Source: an uncultured Anaerolineales bacterium
Lineage (GTDB): Bacteria; Chloroflexota; Anaerolineae; Epilineales; Epilineaceae
Direction of reading: 5' to 3'
Assembly: GCA_964651245.1 (NCBI GenBank)
Contig: CAZYVI010000016.1
Span: 11,492 to 75,491 of the forward strand
Length of the DNA stretch: 64,000 bases
This document shows positions 28,901 to 38,232 of this stretch, in pieces. The notes below the pieces were generated by a model. That model was not told the origin of the DNA, did not search any database, and saw only the letters and a list, made by a program, of their open reading frames with translations. The first letter of the stretch is position 1. The number at the start of each line of letters is the position of its first letter. Made by a program: the position numbers and the translations under genes.

Positions 28901-31391
28901 GCTGCTGGCGACGAGCTATGGCGCGTGGCTGGCGGCGTCGACGGGCGTCGCACGCCACGGGCGCGGACTGCTCGTGGTCGCCGCTGTCGGCGTGGCGCTG
29001 CTGTCGACGGCGGTGGCGCGCTGGGCCGGCTTCGAGGTTCGCGCCTGGCTGCGCGAGCACCGAGGCCGGGTGGCGACGATCGAGGCGGTCTTCCTGGCCC
29101 TGTTCGTCGTGTTCCTGGCGATCCGCATGGGCAACCCCGACCTCTGGCACATCTCCAAGGGCGGCGAGAAGCCGATGGACTTCGCCTACCTCAACGCCAC
29201 GCTGCGCAGCGTGCGCTTCCCGCCCTACGACCCGTGGTTCGCCGGCAGCAAGCTGAACTACTACTACTTCGGCTTCGTGTTCGTCGGGGCGCTGATTCAG
29301 CTGACCGGCATCGTGCCGTGGGTGGCCTACAACCTGGCCATCCCGACGCTGGCGGCGCTGACCGGTACCGGCGTCTGTGGTGTCGTGATCGGGCTGGCCG
29401 ACCGGCTGGCGGTGCGCGCCGCGGTCGGGCGGGCGGCGGGCGTCATCGCCGCCGGCATGACGGTGCTCATGGGCAACCTCTACCAAGCGCCGTGGCTGGC
29501 GGCGCGGTTGGCCGAGGCGGCGCCGCCGATCGGCCATGCCGGGCTGCGCAGCGCCATGCTGCGCGTCGAGGCGGTGCCGATCCTGGGGCAGTTCGTGCAG
29601 ATGCTGCGCGGCGCCTACGCCTTCGCCACGGACCCCGGGGCCCGCAACCTGTTCCCGCTCGACTGGTGGTACTGGAACGCGTCGCGCGCCATCCCCAGCG
29701 TCAGCGGCGACGTCCAGCCGATCACCGAGTTCCCGTTCTTCACGTTCCTCTACGCCGACCTGCACGCCCACATGATGGCGATGCCGATCGCCGTGCTCGC
29801 CTGCGGCCTGGCGCTGGGGTGGGCCACGCCCGGCCGGCCGGCGTCGTTCCGCCAGCCGTGGGTCGCGCCCGAGCCGGTCGTCCGCCTTTCCCTCGGCGCC
29901 CTGGCGATCGGCGCGCTCTGGCCGACGAACACCTGGGACTACCCAACCTACGGCCTCGTGGCCGCCGGCGCGATCGCCATCGGCGCGTATGCCCGTTCGC
30001 GGCGCTTCGACGTGCTCTGGTTCGGCCGCGTCGCCGCCACGGGCGGCGCGCTCTTGGCGCTCAGCCTGGCGCTGTTCCTGCCGTACCACCGCGCCTACGT
30101 GACGCCCTATTCGGAGTTCCAGGCGTGGCACGGCTTCCGCACGCCGGCGAGCGCCTACCTGACGGTGCACGGCATCTTCCTGTGCGCCATCGCCAGCTGG
30201 GCCGCGCTCGCGCTGGCCGACCACCTGGCCCGCCGCGCCGAGCGCGACGCTCTGGCGTGGCGGCTGGCGCTGGCGCTCGGCGTCGCCGTCGTCGCGGCGG
30301 TGGTCGCCTGGCAGTGGTCGCTGCGGTCGTTCCAGGCCGACCTGCCGCCCGACGTGCCTCGGCCCGAGCTCGCCACGCCGCTGCTCGTGGCGGTGCTCAT
30401 GGCCGTCGGCCTCGTGCTGGCGCTCCACGGCGCGGCGCGGCCGGCGGAACGGCTCCTCGGCTGGCTGCTGTTCGTCGGCGCACTCCTCACCGGTTTCGTC
30501 GAATACGTGGTCCTCAGCGGCGACATCGGCCGGATGAACACCGTGTTCAAGTTCTACATCCACGTCTGGATCCTGTGGTCGATCGCCGGCGGCGCGGCGC
30601 TGGCGGCGCTGCTCGACCGCGCCGGCGGCGGCGAGTCCGGCCGGCCTTCGCTGCCGCGCTCCGGCGCGGCCGCCCTGGCCGCCGCGGCGACGCTCGTGCT
30701 GGTGTCGAGCGGCATGCTCTACACGGTCACCGCGGCGCGGGCCAAGATCCTGGACCGCTTCCCGGCCGACCGCTCGATCGGCGACGAGCGGGCGGCGGCG
30801 CTGCGCCGGCCCGGCCTGTCGGGGATCGACTACATGGCCCATGCCGCCTACGTGGAGTACGGCGCCGACGACCAACCCGCGGTGCTCGATCTGCGCGCCG
30901 ACCTCGAGGGTATCCGCTGGCTGCTGGAGAGCGTCGACGGCACGCCGACGATCCTCGAGGGCACCTGGCCGATCAACTACCACTGGGGATCGCGCTTCAG
31001 CATCTACACCGGCCTGCCGACGGTCATCGGCTGGGACTGGCACCAAAAGCAGCAGAAGGCGGCGATCGTCGACGACCCGGTCGGCAACCGCCTCAACGAC
31101 GTCCGCACGATCTACGAGACGACGGACGACGCGCTGGCCAACCACCTGCTCGACCGCTACGGCGTCGAGCTCGTCATCGTCGGCCAGCTCGAGCGGATGC
31201 GCTACGACGCGGCCGGCCTCGCCAAGTTCGAGCGGTGGGCCGAGCAGGGCGCGGTCGAGGCGGTGTTCGCCAACGACCAGCTGACGATCTACCGTCGGCC
31301 GCTGCCCGAGTCGCCGGCCGCCCTGCCGGACGCGGCGCGGTCGCCGGCCGGGGCGCGCGGCGGTCCGGGGCGCGCGGTGCGCCCGGCATGA
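25929..31391 (+). CDS. Giant (about 1820 aa) polytopic GT-C-type membrane glycosyltransferase-like protein (PMT/ArnT-like N-terminus with an 'HPDERF' motif; 'DUF2298'-like C-terminal half)
   Basis: Overlap-coupled ATG. More than 25 predicted TM helices. An N-terminal loop 'GIDWDAGHHLHPDERFLTD' carries a DE-type motif as in the GT-C fold. The C-terminal half contains 'GGEKPMDFAYLNATLRSVRFPPYDPWFAGSKLNYYYFG', which is shared with the next gene. Confidence 0.75.
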   Translation: MTEPLDPVAAGDAGHLASREDRDGRASAPSWRQRLTSRRRGPTTTALLLGAIVACGFYLRTVGIDWDAGHHLHPDERFLTDVASSLAMPNDLLHYLDTDTSPLNPRNQGKAFFSYGTWPITIARVMADAAGPLGLGMTDFGSVYIVGRYMSGVLDLLTVLFVFGLGAVLYDRRVGLLAALFTAFTAFHIQQSHFFTVDAALTCFVMWTLFGLALAVRRRTWWPLALAGAGLGMALGSKVTVWLLVPIAVLTIVAAELRQSRAETADADTDARPPHPMGRAAAKVALLGVVSYAALRFAQPDMWAGPGWPNVVGNSARFTEVTAGNWHPPKLWFDLQAALPDALEKYLLPDPRWMDSMARIKGQVTGFGMDWPPNHQWWGRKGYLFPWRNMVLWGMGPALGLAAWGAWLAAGVAIWRGRRRHLLPWLWVSVYFGYTGIQWAKTMRYALPIYPALAVLAAWGLVAWLDAARRAPADGAPDPAPVPDRSRRWAAFVFDRRVAVAATAVVALGTVVWGTMFSRLYTRHHSRIAGSHWIYHNLPTAVGVRIADDPAGLYPGPWLPALAPGDLRTVDGVRWPLDAAFTGPMRLHLPDESWQQHLTGGSFGARPDLWTPRRGDATDVASLPRLTVDAVRLAYAQADAASSRTVRVVLSQGAALRPGGAPERAIAQGRAEVRVGPGEAALEVPLDAPLSLHLGQEVYVWVAVDGGPITCRPARMAYETSWDDIVPEGMYGYAGYDDATTDWVDGLFGVTNLEMYGEDYPDWLDQTLDQLSRVDYWVSSSNRVYGAVAQLPMRYPATIAFYENVLFGETLGWRHRASVQSFPSLGPLRVNDQGAEEAFHVYDHPQVDVFERPTPFDAEALRAYLAPITATRRWSFPPVSPNPIVRFADALFGRIPVDRAAPAGATVDGGAARTRTVDAVLLDPARLAEQRAGGTWRDRFDVDGVLNRYPVLGVVAWYLVLALLGLAAFPLVAVALPRLPDRGWSLARTAGLLATSYGAWLAASTGVARHGRGLLVVAAVGVALLSTAVARWAGFEVRAWLREHRGRVATIEAVFLALFVVFLAIRMGNPDLWHISKGGEKPMDFAYLNATLRSVRFPPYDPWFAGSKLNYYYFGFVFVGALIQLTGIVPWVAYNLAIPTLAALTGTGVCGVVIGLADRLAVRAAVGRAAGVIAAGMTVLMGNLYQAPWLAARLAEAAPPIGHAGLRSAMLRVEAVPILGQFVQMLRGAYAFATDPGARNLFPLDWWYWNASRAIPSVSGDVQPITEFPFFTFLYADLHAHMMAMPIAVLACGLALGWATPGRPASFRQPWVAPEPVVRLSLGALAIGALWPTNTWDYPTYGLVAAGAIAIGAYARSRRFDVLWFGRVAATGGALLALSLALFLPYHRAYVTPYSEFQAWHGFRTPASAYLTVHGIFLCAIASWAALALADHLARRAERDALAWRLALALGVAVVAAVVAWQWSLRSFQADLPPDVPRPELATPLLVAVLMAVGLVLALHGAARPAERLLGWLLFVGALLTGFVEYVVLSGDIGRMNTVFKFYIHVWILWSIAGGAALAALLDRAGGGESGRPSLPRSGAAALAAAATLVLVSSGMLYTVTAARAKILDRFPADRSIGDERAAALRRPGLSGIDYMAHAAYVEYGADDQPAVLDLRADLEGIRWLLESVDGTPTILEGTWPINYHWGSRFSIYTGLPTVIGWDWHQKQQKAAIVDDPVGNRLNDVRTIYETTDDALANHLLDRYGVELVIVGQLERMRYDAAGLAKFERWAEQGAVEAVFANDQLTIYRRPLPESPAALPDAARSPAGARGGPGRAVRPA

Positions 31392-33898
31392 CCGCCGTGC
31401 TCGGCGCGGCGCTGGCGTGGTGGGCGGCGACGACGGTCGTCGGCCTGGCCGCGGCGCCGATCGCCCGGACGTTGATGCCGACGCTGCCCGACCGGGGCTG
31501 GTCGGTGGCGCGACCGCTCGGGCTGCTCTTGGTCGGCTACGCCTGGTGGCTGTTCGTCACCGCCGGCGTCCTGCCGAACTCGCGGCTGGGCGTCGTCGTG
31601 GCGATCGTCGTCGTCGCCGCGGGCGGCGCGTTGCTGGTGTCCGGCGACGCCGCGGCGTGGCGCCGCGAGCTCTGGCAGCGCCGCCGGCTCATCGTCGGGC
31701 TGGAGCTGCTGTACCTGGCGGCGCTCGTGCTCTGGGCCGTGTACAAGGCGTTCACGCCGGAGGTCACCGAGTCGGGCGGCGAGAAGATGATGGAGATGGC
31801 CTTCCTGTCGGCCATCCTCCAGAGCCCGTCGTTTCCGCCGAACGACCCGTGGCTCAGCGGTCACTCGATCAGCTACTACTACTTCGGCTACGTCATCCAG
31901 GCGATGCTCGTCCAGTTGACGGGCCTGTCACGCTTCGTCGCCTTCAACCTCGTGGTGCCGTCGACGCTGGCGATGACGTTGGCGGCGGCCTTTGGGTTGG
32001 GCTGGTCCTTGGTGGTGTTGTCCCCGCGCGCATCGCGCGGGCTGGCGCTCGCCGGCGGGGCGGTGACCGCCGCCGTGCTCGCCCTCGCCGGCAGCTTGGC
32101 GGGCTTCCTGGAGCTGGCCTACATGCGCGGCTGGCTGCCGGCGGCGCTGTTCGACCACCTGAACATCCGCAACCTGACCATCGCCGCCGACGCCTGCGGC
32201 GAGCCGGGCAGCGGGTTCGGCTTGGGCGGCGTCTTCCCGTCGCGGTTCATGTGGTGGTGGCGCACGTCGCGCATCATCCGCGACGACTGCCGCGACGTGA
32301 TCCACGAATATCCGTTCTTCAGCTTCCTGCTGGCCGACGTCCACCCCCACGTCATGGCGCTGCCCTACGCGCTGCTGGTGCTGGCGCTCGCGCTCGCGCT
32401 GTGGCGGGGGGCGTCGGCGCGCTGGCCCGGGCCGCGCCTCTGGTCGCCCGTCTGGCTGCTGCTGCCGCTGATCGTGGGCGCGTTGGGCTTCCTCAACACC
32501 TGGGACCTGCCGACCTACGGCCTCGTGGCCGGGGCCGCTTGGGCGGTGTGGCGCTGGCGCCGCGGCGGGCGGGCGCTGCCGGAGATCCTCGGGTTCGGCG
32601 TCTGGCTGCTCGGCCTGGCGATCGTGTTCTACCTGCCGTTCTATGCCGCATTCCGTTCGCAGGCGGCCGGCATCGGCGTGGCGCGCTACGCGTCGCGGCC
32701 CGACCACTGGCTCGTCCACTTCCTGCCGCTGGCCTTCTTGGCGACGACGGTGGTCGTGGCGGCGCTGCGGCGGCTCGGCGCGCCGCGGGCGCTGCGGTTG
32801 TGCGGGGCGGCGCTGGGCGTGGCGGCGCTGGTGACGGTGGTGCGGTACGCCGGCGCGGCCGCGCTCGTCCCTCCCGACCGCGAGGCCGGCTGGACGCCGT
32901 GGACGCCGTTCGCCGTGCTGTTCCTGGCCACGCTGGCCCTGCTGGCGGCGCTGGCCGACGCGGGCATCTGGGGCGCGGGCGGCCGCCGCGCGGCCGAGTC
33001 CGGGTCGTCGTCGGACACCACGTCCCGCGACGCGGCCGCGGCGGCCGTTCCGCCGAGCGCGGCCGGCTTCGCGCTGCTGTGCGTCGCAGTCGGGGCGGTG
33101 ATGGCGGCGGTGCCGGAGCTCGTCTACCTCAAGGACGTGTTCGACGACCGGATGAACACCGTCTTCAAGTTCTTCTTCCAGGCCTGGGTCCTGTGGAGCG
33201 TCGGCGGTGGCTACGCCGTGGCGGCCATCTGGACGGGGCGGCCGGCGGACGACGCGGGCCGGTCGCCGGCGCGGCGCGGACCGGCCGCGGCGCTGGCGAC
33301 GCTGGGCGCCGGCGGCACCGCGTGGTTCGCGGCGCTCGCGCTCCTCGGCCTGATGGTCCTCTACACCCCCGTCGCGGCCGTCTTCAACCGCACCGACGGC
33401 CTGCGCTGGGTGGTGCTGCGCAGCCAGGGCTGGGCGGCGTGGTCGGCCAGCCTCCACCTCGACGGGCTGCGCCACTGGGAGCGCGACAACCCGGACGACC
33501 TGGCCGCGGCCCGCTGGTTGGCGCAGCATGCCGCCGGCACGCCGGTGATCGTCGAGGCGGCCGGCGGCGGCTACGACCGCGCCGGGCGCATCGCGATGAT
33601 CACCGGCTTTCCGACGATCCTGGGCGCCGACAACCACGAGTCGCAGTGGCAAGGCACCCGGGAGGACATCGACCCGCGGCTGGCGGACGTCGAGGCGTTC
33701 TACACCCGCGCCAGCGCCGCCGAACAAGCCGAGATGGTGCGCCGCTACGGCGCGCGCTACGTGATCGTGGGCGCGCGCGAGCGCGAGCGCTACGCCGGCA
33801 TGGCGCCCGACCTCGACGCCAAGCTCGATACGTTCATGACCCCCGTGTACCAGGCGGGCCAGACAACGGTCTGGTCCGTCGACGACCCCGCCCGCTAG
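31388..33898 (+). CDS. Polytopic membrane protein paralogous to the C-terminal half of 25929-31391 ('DUF2298'-like / GT-C family)
   Basis: ATGA overlap with the upstream gene. 'GGEKMMEMAFLSAILQSPSFPPNDPWLSGHSISYYYFG' matches the motif of the previous gene. About 20 TM helices. A C-terminal soluble domain resembles the previous protein ('GTPVIVEAAGGGYDRAGRIAMITGFPTILG...'). Confidence 0.75.
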   Translation: MTAVLGAALAWWAATTVVGLAAAPIARTLMPTLPDRGWSVARPLGLLLVGYAWWLFVTAGVLPNSRLGVVVAIVVVAAGGALLVSGDAAAWRRELWQRRRLIVGLELLYLAALVLWAVYKAFTPEVTESGGEKMMEMAFLSAILQSPSFPPNDPWLSGHSISYYYFGYVIQAMLVQLTGLSRFVAFNLVVPSTLAMTLAAAFGLGWSLVVLSPRASRGLALAGGAVTAAVLALAGSLAGFLELAYMRGWLPAALFDHLNIRNLTIAADACGEPGSGFGLGGVFPSRFMWWWRTSRIIRDDCRDVIHEYPFFSFLLADVHPHVMALPYALLVLALALALWRGASARWPGPRLWSPVWLLLPLIVGALGFLNTWDLPTYGLVAGAAWAVWRWRRGGRALPEILGFGVWLLGLAIVFYLPFYAAFRSQAAGIGVARYASRPDHWLVHFLPLAFLATTVVVAALRRLGAPRALRLCGAALGVAALVTVVRYAGAAALVPPDREAGWTPWTPFAVLFLATLALLAALADAGIWGAGGRRAAESGSSSDTTSRDAAAAAVPPSAAGFALLCVAVGAVMAAVPELVYLKDVFDDRMNTVFKFFFQAWVLWSVGGGYAVAAIWTGRPADDAGRSPARRGPAAALATLGAGGTAWFAALALLGLMVLYTPVAAVFNRTDGLRWVVLRSQGWAAWSASLHLDGLRHWERDNPDDLAAARWLAQHAAGTPVIVEAAGGGYDRAGRIAMITGFPTILGADNHESQWQGTREDIDPRLADVEAFYTRASAAEQAEMVRRYGARYVIVGARERERYAGMAPDLDAKLDTFMTPVYQAGQTTVWSVDDPAR

Positions 33899-33906
33899 CA
33901 ACCCGG

Positions 33907-36900
33907 ATGGACGCAGAGATGGACGAGTTCACGACGCAACCCGACGACCGCGCGGCCGAGCCGCCGCGCGCCGACCGCGCCCGCCGCCGCGCCCGCACCG
34001 GGCCGACGATCGCCGAACGATGGGCGGCGTTCCGGTGGGACTGGGAGGCGGTGGGCTGGCTGGTCGTGATCGCGCTGGCCGTCGTCAGCCGCCTCGTCTT
34101 CCTCGGCGAGCGGGCGATGTCGCACGACGAGAGCCTCCACACCTTCTACTCGTGGCAGCTGGCCGTCGGCAAGGGCTACCGCCACGACCCGATGATGCAC
34201 GGTCCGATCCTGTACCACTGGACCGCGCTGATGTACCTCCTGTTCGGCGTCAGCGACTTCACCGCCCGCTTGTTCGGCGCCCTGAGCGGCATCGCCTTGG
34301 TGGCGACGCCGTTGCTGCTGCGCAAGTGGCTGGGCCGCTTCGGCGCGCTGGCGGCGGGGGTGCTGCTGCTGCTCTCGCCGTCGATCATGATGTACTCGCG
34401 CTACATCCGCCACGATATCTCGATCGAGCTCGCCACGGTGCTCATGCTCATCGGCTTCATCCGGTACCTCGACGACCGCCGGCCGCGCTGGATCATCACC
34501 GCGTTCGTCGGCGCCGCGATCGGCATCACCTCGGCCGAGATGTCCTACATCACCGGTTTCGTGCTGGTGGCCTTCATCGGGCTGGCGCTGTGGGTCGAGT
34601 GGGCCGGCGCGGGCGACGGCGCGCGCGGGCCGTGGGGGGTGCGGCTCGGCATCGCCGCCGTGCTCGTCGCGGCGGCCTTCGGCGTCCGGCGCCTGGCCGA
34701 CGTCGCCTCGTTGACCTCGATGCCCGCCGCCGCGCTGGCGGCGGTCGGCGTCGCCCTCGCCATCGCGCTCGCCGCCGTCGGCTGGCTGCTGGCGCGCGCC
34801 GCCGGCGCCGCCGGAAGCGACCGCGGCGCCACCGCGGTCGCCGGCGACCCGGGCTGGTTGACGCCGGTGAAGCTTGGGCTGGCCCTGCTCGCCGTGGGCG
34901 CGCTGCTGCGGCTGCCGCTCGACCCGAGCGCGGCGGCCAACTCGGCGCAGTGGTACCTCGGCAAGGTCGGCGTCAGCCTGATGGTGGCCGGCGTGCCGTT
35001 CGTGGCGGTCGGCGCCGTGGCGGCCTTCGTGCCGCTGCCGGCCGCCGCCGACCGGCTGGCGCAGCTCGTCGTCGGGGCGGTGGCGGCGCTGACCTACATC
35101 CTGTTCGCCGAGGGCTTCGTCAGCCACGGCGTCACCACGGCGTTCGACGCCGCGTACTACGCCTGGTCGATCGCCGGCGTGCTCGCCCTGGCGGTGGCGG
35201 CCGTGTGGCTGCTCCTCCAGCTGCCGCGCCGCCGCGTCTGGGCGCTGCTGGCCGTGGTCGGCTGGGCGCTGCTGGCATTCGACCTCGCCGTCCAGTACGG
35301 CGGCGCAGCCGACCGTTTCGCCGGCTGGCAGAGCACCAGCGCCATCGTCGGCGGCCTGCTCTTGGCGGTGGGCGCGGCGGTCATGGCGTTCGACCTGGCG
35401 GGGCGGGCCGCCGAGGCGCCCGCCGCCTGGCGGCGCTGGCTCGGCGCAGCCTGGCCGAACGCGATCGGCATCGGCCTTGGGATCGTCGCGTTCGCCCTGG
35501 CGGTGCGCGGCCAGGGCGACGTGTCGCACCTCACGAAGATCGCCGAGCCGCTGGCCGTGGCGTCGGGCATCGTGCTGGCGCTGGCGATCGGCGCGGCGAT
35601 GCTTGCGCCGGGCGCGCGGCCGGAGCGCGGCGTGTTGCGGCAGCTCAACGCCGTGCCGTACGAGGGGGTCGTGATCGCCGGCGTCGCGTTCATCGTGCTC
35701 TACCTGGCGTTGTTCACGACGTGGTTCCAAGAGACCGATCTCGCCAACGGCTTCGCCCGCTCGCTGAAGTACTGGTGGTCGCAGCACGACGTCCAACGCG
35801 GCGGCCAGCCGTGGTACTTCTACATCCTGGTCATCGGGCCGCTCTACGAGTGGCTGCCGATGGCGCTGAGCGCCGTGGCGCTGGGGCTGTACGCCCGCCG
35901 GCCGGCGCTGCGCTTCGGGCGCGGCAACGACAGCGGCGACGACGGCGCGCCGTCGCCGGCGGCGTGGGCGTTCGTGCCGATGATCGTGGTGTGGATGCTG
36001 GGCGTGTGGTGGATCTTCAGTTGGGCCGGCGAGAAGATGCCGTGGCTGATCACCCACATGGCCGTGCCGATGATCCTCCTGGCCGCGCGCGCCGTGGCCG
36101 ACCTCGGCGCGCAGGTCGACCTCGCCGCCTGGCGAGCCAAGGGCTGGCAGGTCACGTCGCTGACGATCGCGGCGCTGGCCCTGCTGGCCGGGCTGGTCGC
36201 GCGCTCGACGTCGCTGGCCGCGGCCGAGGCGGCGCGGCCGGCGTGGGTCGGTTGGGCCGTGGCGGCCGTCCTCGTCGTGGCGCTGCTGTCGGGCGTGCGC
36301 GCCGTCGGCGGCGAGCTCGCGCCCGCGGCGCGGCGTCACGCGCTGGGCCTCGGCGTCGGGATGTTCGCGCTGGCCGTCAGCGGCGGCTATGCCCTGCTGG
36401 CCAACTTCAAGAACAGCGAGCTGGGCACCGAGTACCTGGTCTATGCCCACGGCACGCCCGAGGACAAGGACGTCTACGAGCTCCTGCAGCGCATGGACCA
36501 GGCCCGGCCCGACCAGCCGCTGAAGGTCGGGTTCGACAACGAGGTGAGCTGGCCGTTCACGTGGTACTTCCGCAACATCTGCCCGCCGCGGGCGCGCGGC
36601 CTGGCCGCCGATCTGGCCTGCCTCCTCGGCCAAGGCTGCCCCGATCCGACGGCGTGCAGCGATTGGCGGGTCGATCCGAAGTACCTGGCCGACGGCAAGA
36701 ACCCGCCGGTCGACGTCGCCGGGCTCAAGGAACTCGACGCCGTGCTCGTCGGCTCGCCGAACTACGGCAACTTCGAACCGTACCTGCGCAAGGACTTCGT
36801 CGAGGTCGAGGTCAACCGGATGTACTGGCCCAACGAGGGATACAAGGGCCTCACCTGGAGCCGGATCCGCGACGCCCTCGTCGTGCCCGAACTGCGCGCC

Positions 36901-38214
36901 AACCTGCTGCGGATCATCGTGCACCGCGAGTACGTCGTCGACCCGCTGGCCAAGCCGCTCGCGCCCAAGTCGCTCGACGACTGGTTCTACCACGCCAAGA
37001 TGAAGCTCTGGGTCAAGAAGTCCACCGCGCAGGCGCTGGAGGCCACCGGTCAGGACTGGCCGGAGTGGATGAAGGGCGTTTCGATCGAGCCCGAGGCCGA
37101 CCACAGCGTGCCGTTCGAGATCGACCGCGCCTTCACCGAGGCCGACGGGCTGGCCTTCAACGCCCCCAAGGACGTGGCCGTCGCCCCCGACGGCAGCTTC
37201 TACGTGGTCGACCACGGCAACAAGCGCCTCGTCCACCTGGCGGCCGACGGGACGCTCGTCGCGGCGATCGACGCGCCCGTCCTGGAGTACAGCGACGACA
37301 ACGCCGGCATCCAGCCCAGCGCCTGGGGCGTCGGCGTCGGCCCGGACGGTGCGGTGTACCTGGCCGATACCTGGAACAACCGCCTGCTCGTCTACCGCGA
37401 CGATGCGTTCACCGAACGCACCTTCGGCACGGGCGGCGTCCCGGCCAGCGCCGATGTCGACCTCGACAAGCTCTTCGGACCGCGCGACGTGGCCGTGGGG
37501 CCCGGCGGCGAGCTGTTCCTCACCGACACCGGCAACAAGCGGATCATCGTCATCGGGCCGGACCTCACGGCGGTCCGTTCGATCGGCAAGGAGGGCAACG
37601 CGGCCGGCGAGTTCAGCGAGCCGGTGTCGGTGGCCTTCGATCCCGAGACCGGGGAGATGGTCGTCGCCGACCTCTGGAACCTCCGCATCCAGGTGTTCGA
37701 CCGCGACCTCATGCCGGTGCGGCAGTGGGCCGTCGACGGTTGGGGCAGCAAGGAGGCCGCGCACAAGGCGTACGTCGCCGTGGGGCCCGGCGGCACCGTC
37801 CTGGTGACCGACCCGCAGGGCGCGCGGGTCTGGATCTACGACCGGCAGGGCGCCGTCCTGGGCACGCTCGACCTGGAGAACGACCCGACCGGGCTGCTGC
37901 AGCCGATCGGCATCGCCGTCGCGCCGGACGGCTCGATCTACGTCGCCAGCTCCGAGAAGAACATCGTCACCCGCTACCGCTGGCCCGAGAGCCTCCGTGC
38001 CGCGGTCGGACTCGACGCCGCCCCGGCCGCCACGGCCGACCCCAACGCCGCGACCGCCACGGCCGGCTCGCCGGCCGCCGCGACCGCCACGCCGCCGCCC
38101 ACCGCCACCGCGGCCGACGCGGCGGGCGACGCCGGCGGGGCGGCGGGAGCCGACGATCCGGCCGCGGGCGCGCCGCTGCCCAGCCCAACGCTGGGCCAGG
38201 CGGCGCGCCCGTGA
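33907..38214 (+). CDS. GT-C / family-39-like (PMT/ArnT-type) membrane glycosyltransferase fused to a C-terminal periplasmic NHL-repeat beta-propeller
   Basis: N-terminus 'MSHDESLHTFYSWQL...HGPILYHW...LLLLSPSIMMYSRYIRHD' is the ArnT/PMT_2-like DE motif region. Many TM helices follow. The C-terminus has at least 4 NHL-like repeats ('FYVVDHGNKRLVHLAADG', 'VYLADTWNNRLLVYRDD', 'LFLTDTGNKRIIVIGPD', 'MVVADLWNLRIQVFDRD') and an Ala/Thr/Pro-rich tail. The start is 33907 or 33919. Confidence 0.75.
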   Translation: MDAEMDEFTTQPDDRAAEPPRADRARRRARTGPTIAERWAAFRWDWEAVGWLVVIALAVVSRLVFLGERAMSHDESLHTFYSWQLAVGKGYRHDPMMHGPILYHWTALMYLLFGVSDFTARLFGALSGIALVATPLLLRKWLGRFGALAAGVLLLLSPSIMMYSRYIRHDISIELATVLMLIGFIRYLDDRRPRWIITAFVGAAIGITSAEMSYITGFVLVAFIGLALWVEWAGAGDGARGPWGVRLGIAAVLVAAAFGVRRLADVASLTSMPAAALAAVGVALAIALAAVGWLLARAAGAAGSDRGATAVAGDPGWLTPVKLGLALLAVGALLRLPLDPSAAANSAQWYLGKVGVSLMVAGVPFVAVGAVAAFVPLPAAADRLAQLVVGAVAALTYILFAEGFVSHGVTTAFDAAYYAWSIAGVLALAVAAVWLLLQLPRRRVWALLAVVGWALLAFDLAVQYGGAADRFAGWQSTSAIVGGLLLAVGAAVMAFDLAGRAAEAPAAWRRWLGAAWPNAIGIGLGIVAFALAVRGQGDVSHLTKIAEPLAVASGIVLALAIGAAMLAPGARPERGVLRQLNAVPYEGVVIAGVAFIVLYLALFTTWFQETDLANGFARSLKYWWSQHDVQRGGQPWYFYILVIGPLYEWLPMALSAVALGLYARRPALRFGRGNDSGDDGAPSPAAWAFVPMIVVWMLGVWWIFSWAGEKMPWLITHMAVPMILLAARAVADLGAQVDLAAWRAKGWQVTSLTIAALALLAGLVARSTSLAAAEAARPAWVGWAVAAVLVVALLSGVRAVGGELAPAARRHALGLGVGMFALAVSGGYALLANFKNSELGTEYLVYAHGTPEDKDVYELLQRMDQARPDQPLKVGFDNEVSWPFTWYFRNICPPRARGLAADLACLLGQGCPDPTACSDWRVDPKYLADGKNPPVDVAGLKELDAVLVGSPNYGNFEPYLRKDFVEVEVNRMYWPNEGYKGLTWSRIRDALVVPELRANLLRIIVHREYVVDPLAKPLAPKSLDDWFYHAKMKLWVKKSTAQALEATGQDWPEWMKGVSIEPEADHSVPFEIDRAFTEADGLAFNAPKDVAVAPDGSFYVVDHGNKRLVHLAADGTLVAAIDAPVLEYSDDNAGIQPSAWGVGVGPDGAVYLADTWNNRLLVYRDDAFTERTFGTGGVPASADVDLDKLFGPRDVAVGPGGELFLTDTGNKRIIVIGPDLTAVRSIGKEGNAAGEFSEPVSVAFDPETGEMVVADLWNLRIQVFDRDLMPVRQWAVDGWGSKEAAHKAYVAVGPGGTVLVTDPQGARVWIYDRQGAVLGTLDLENDPTGLLQPIGIAVAPDGSIYVASSEKNIVTRYRWPESLRAAVGLDAAPAATADPNAATATAGSPAAATATPPPTATAADAAGDAGGAAGADDPAAGAPLPSPTLGQAARP

Positions 38215-38232
38215 CGATCGCCCTGGCCGTGG

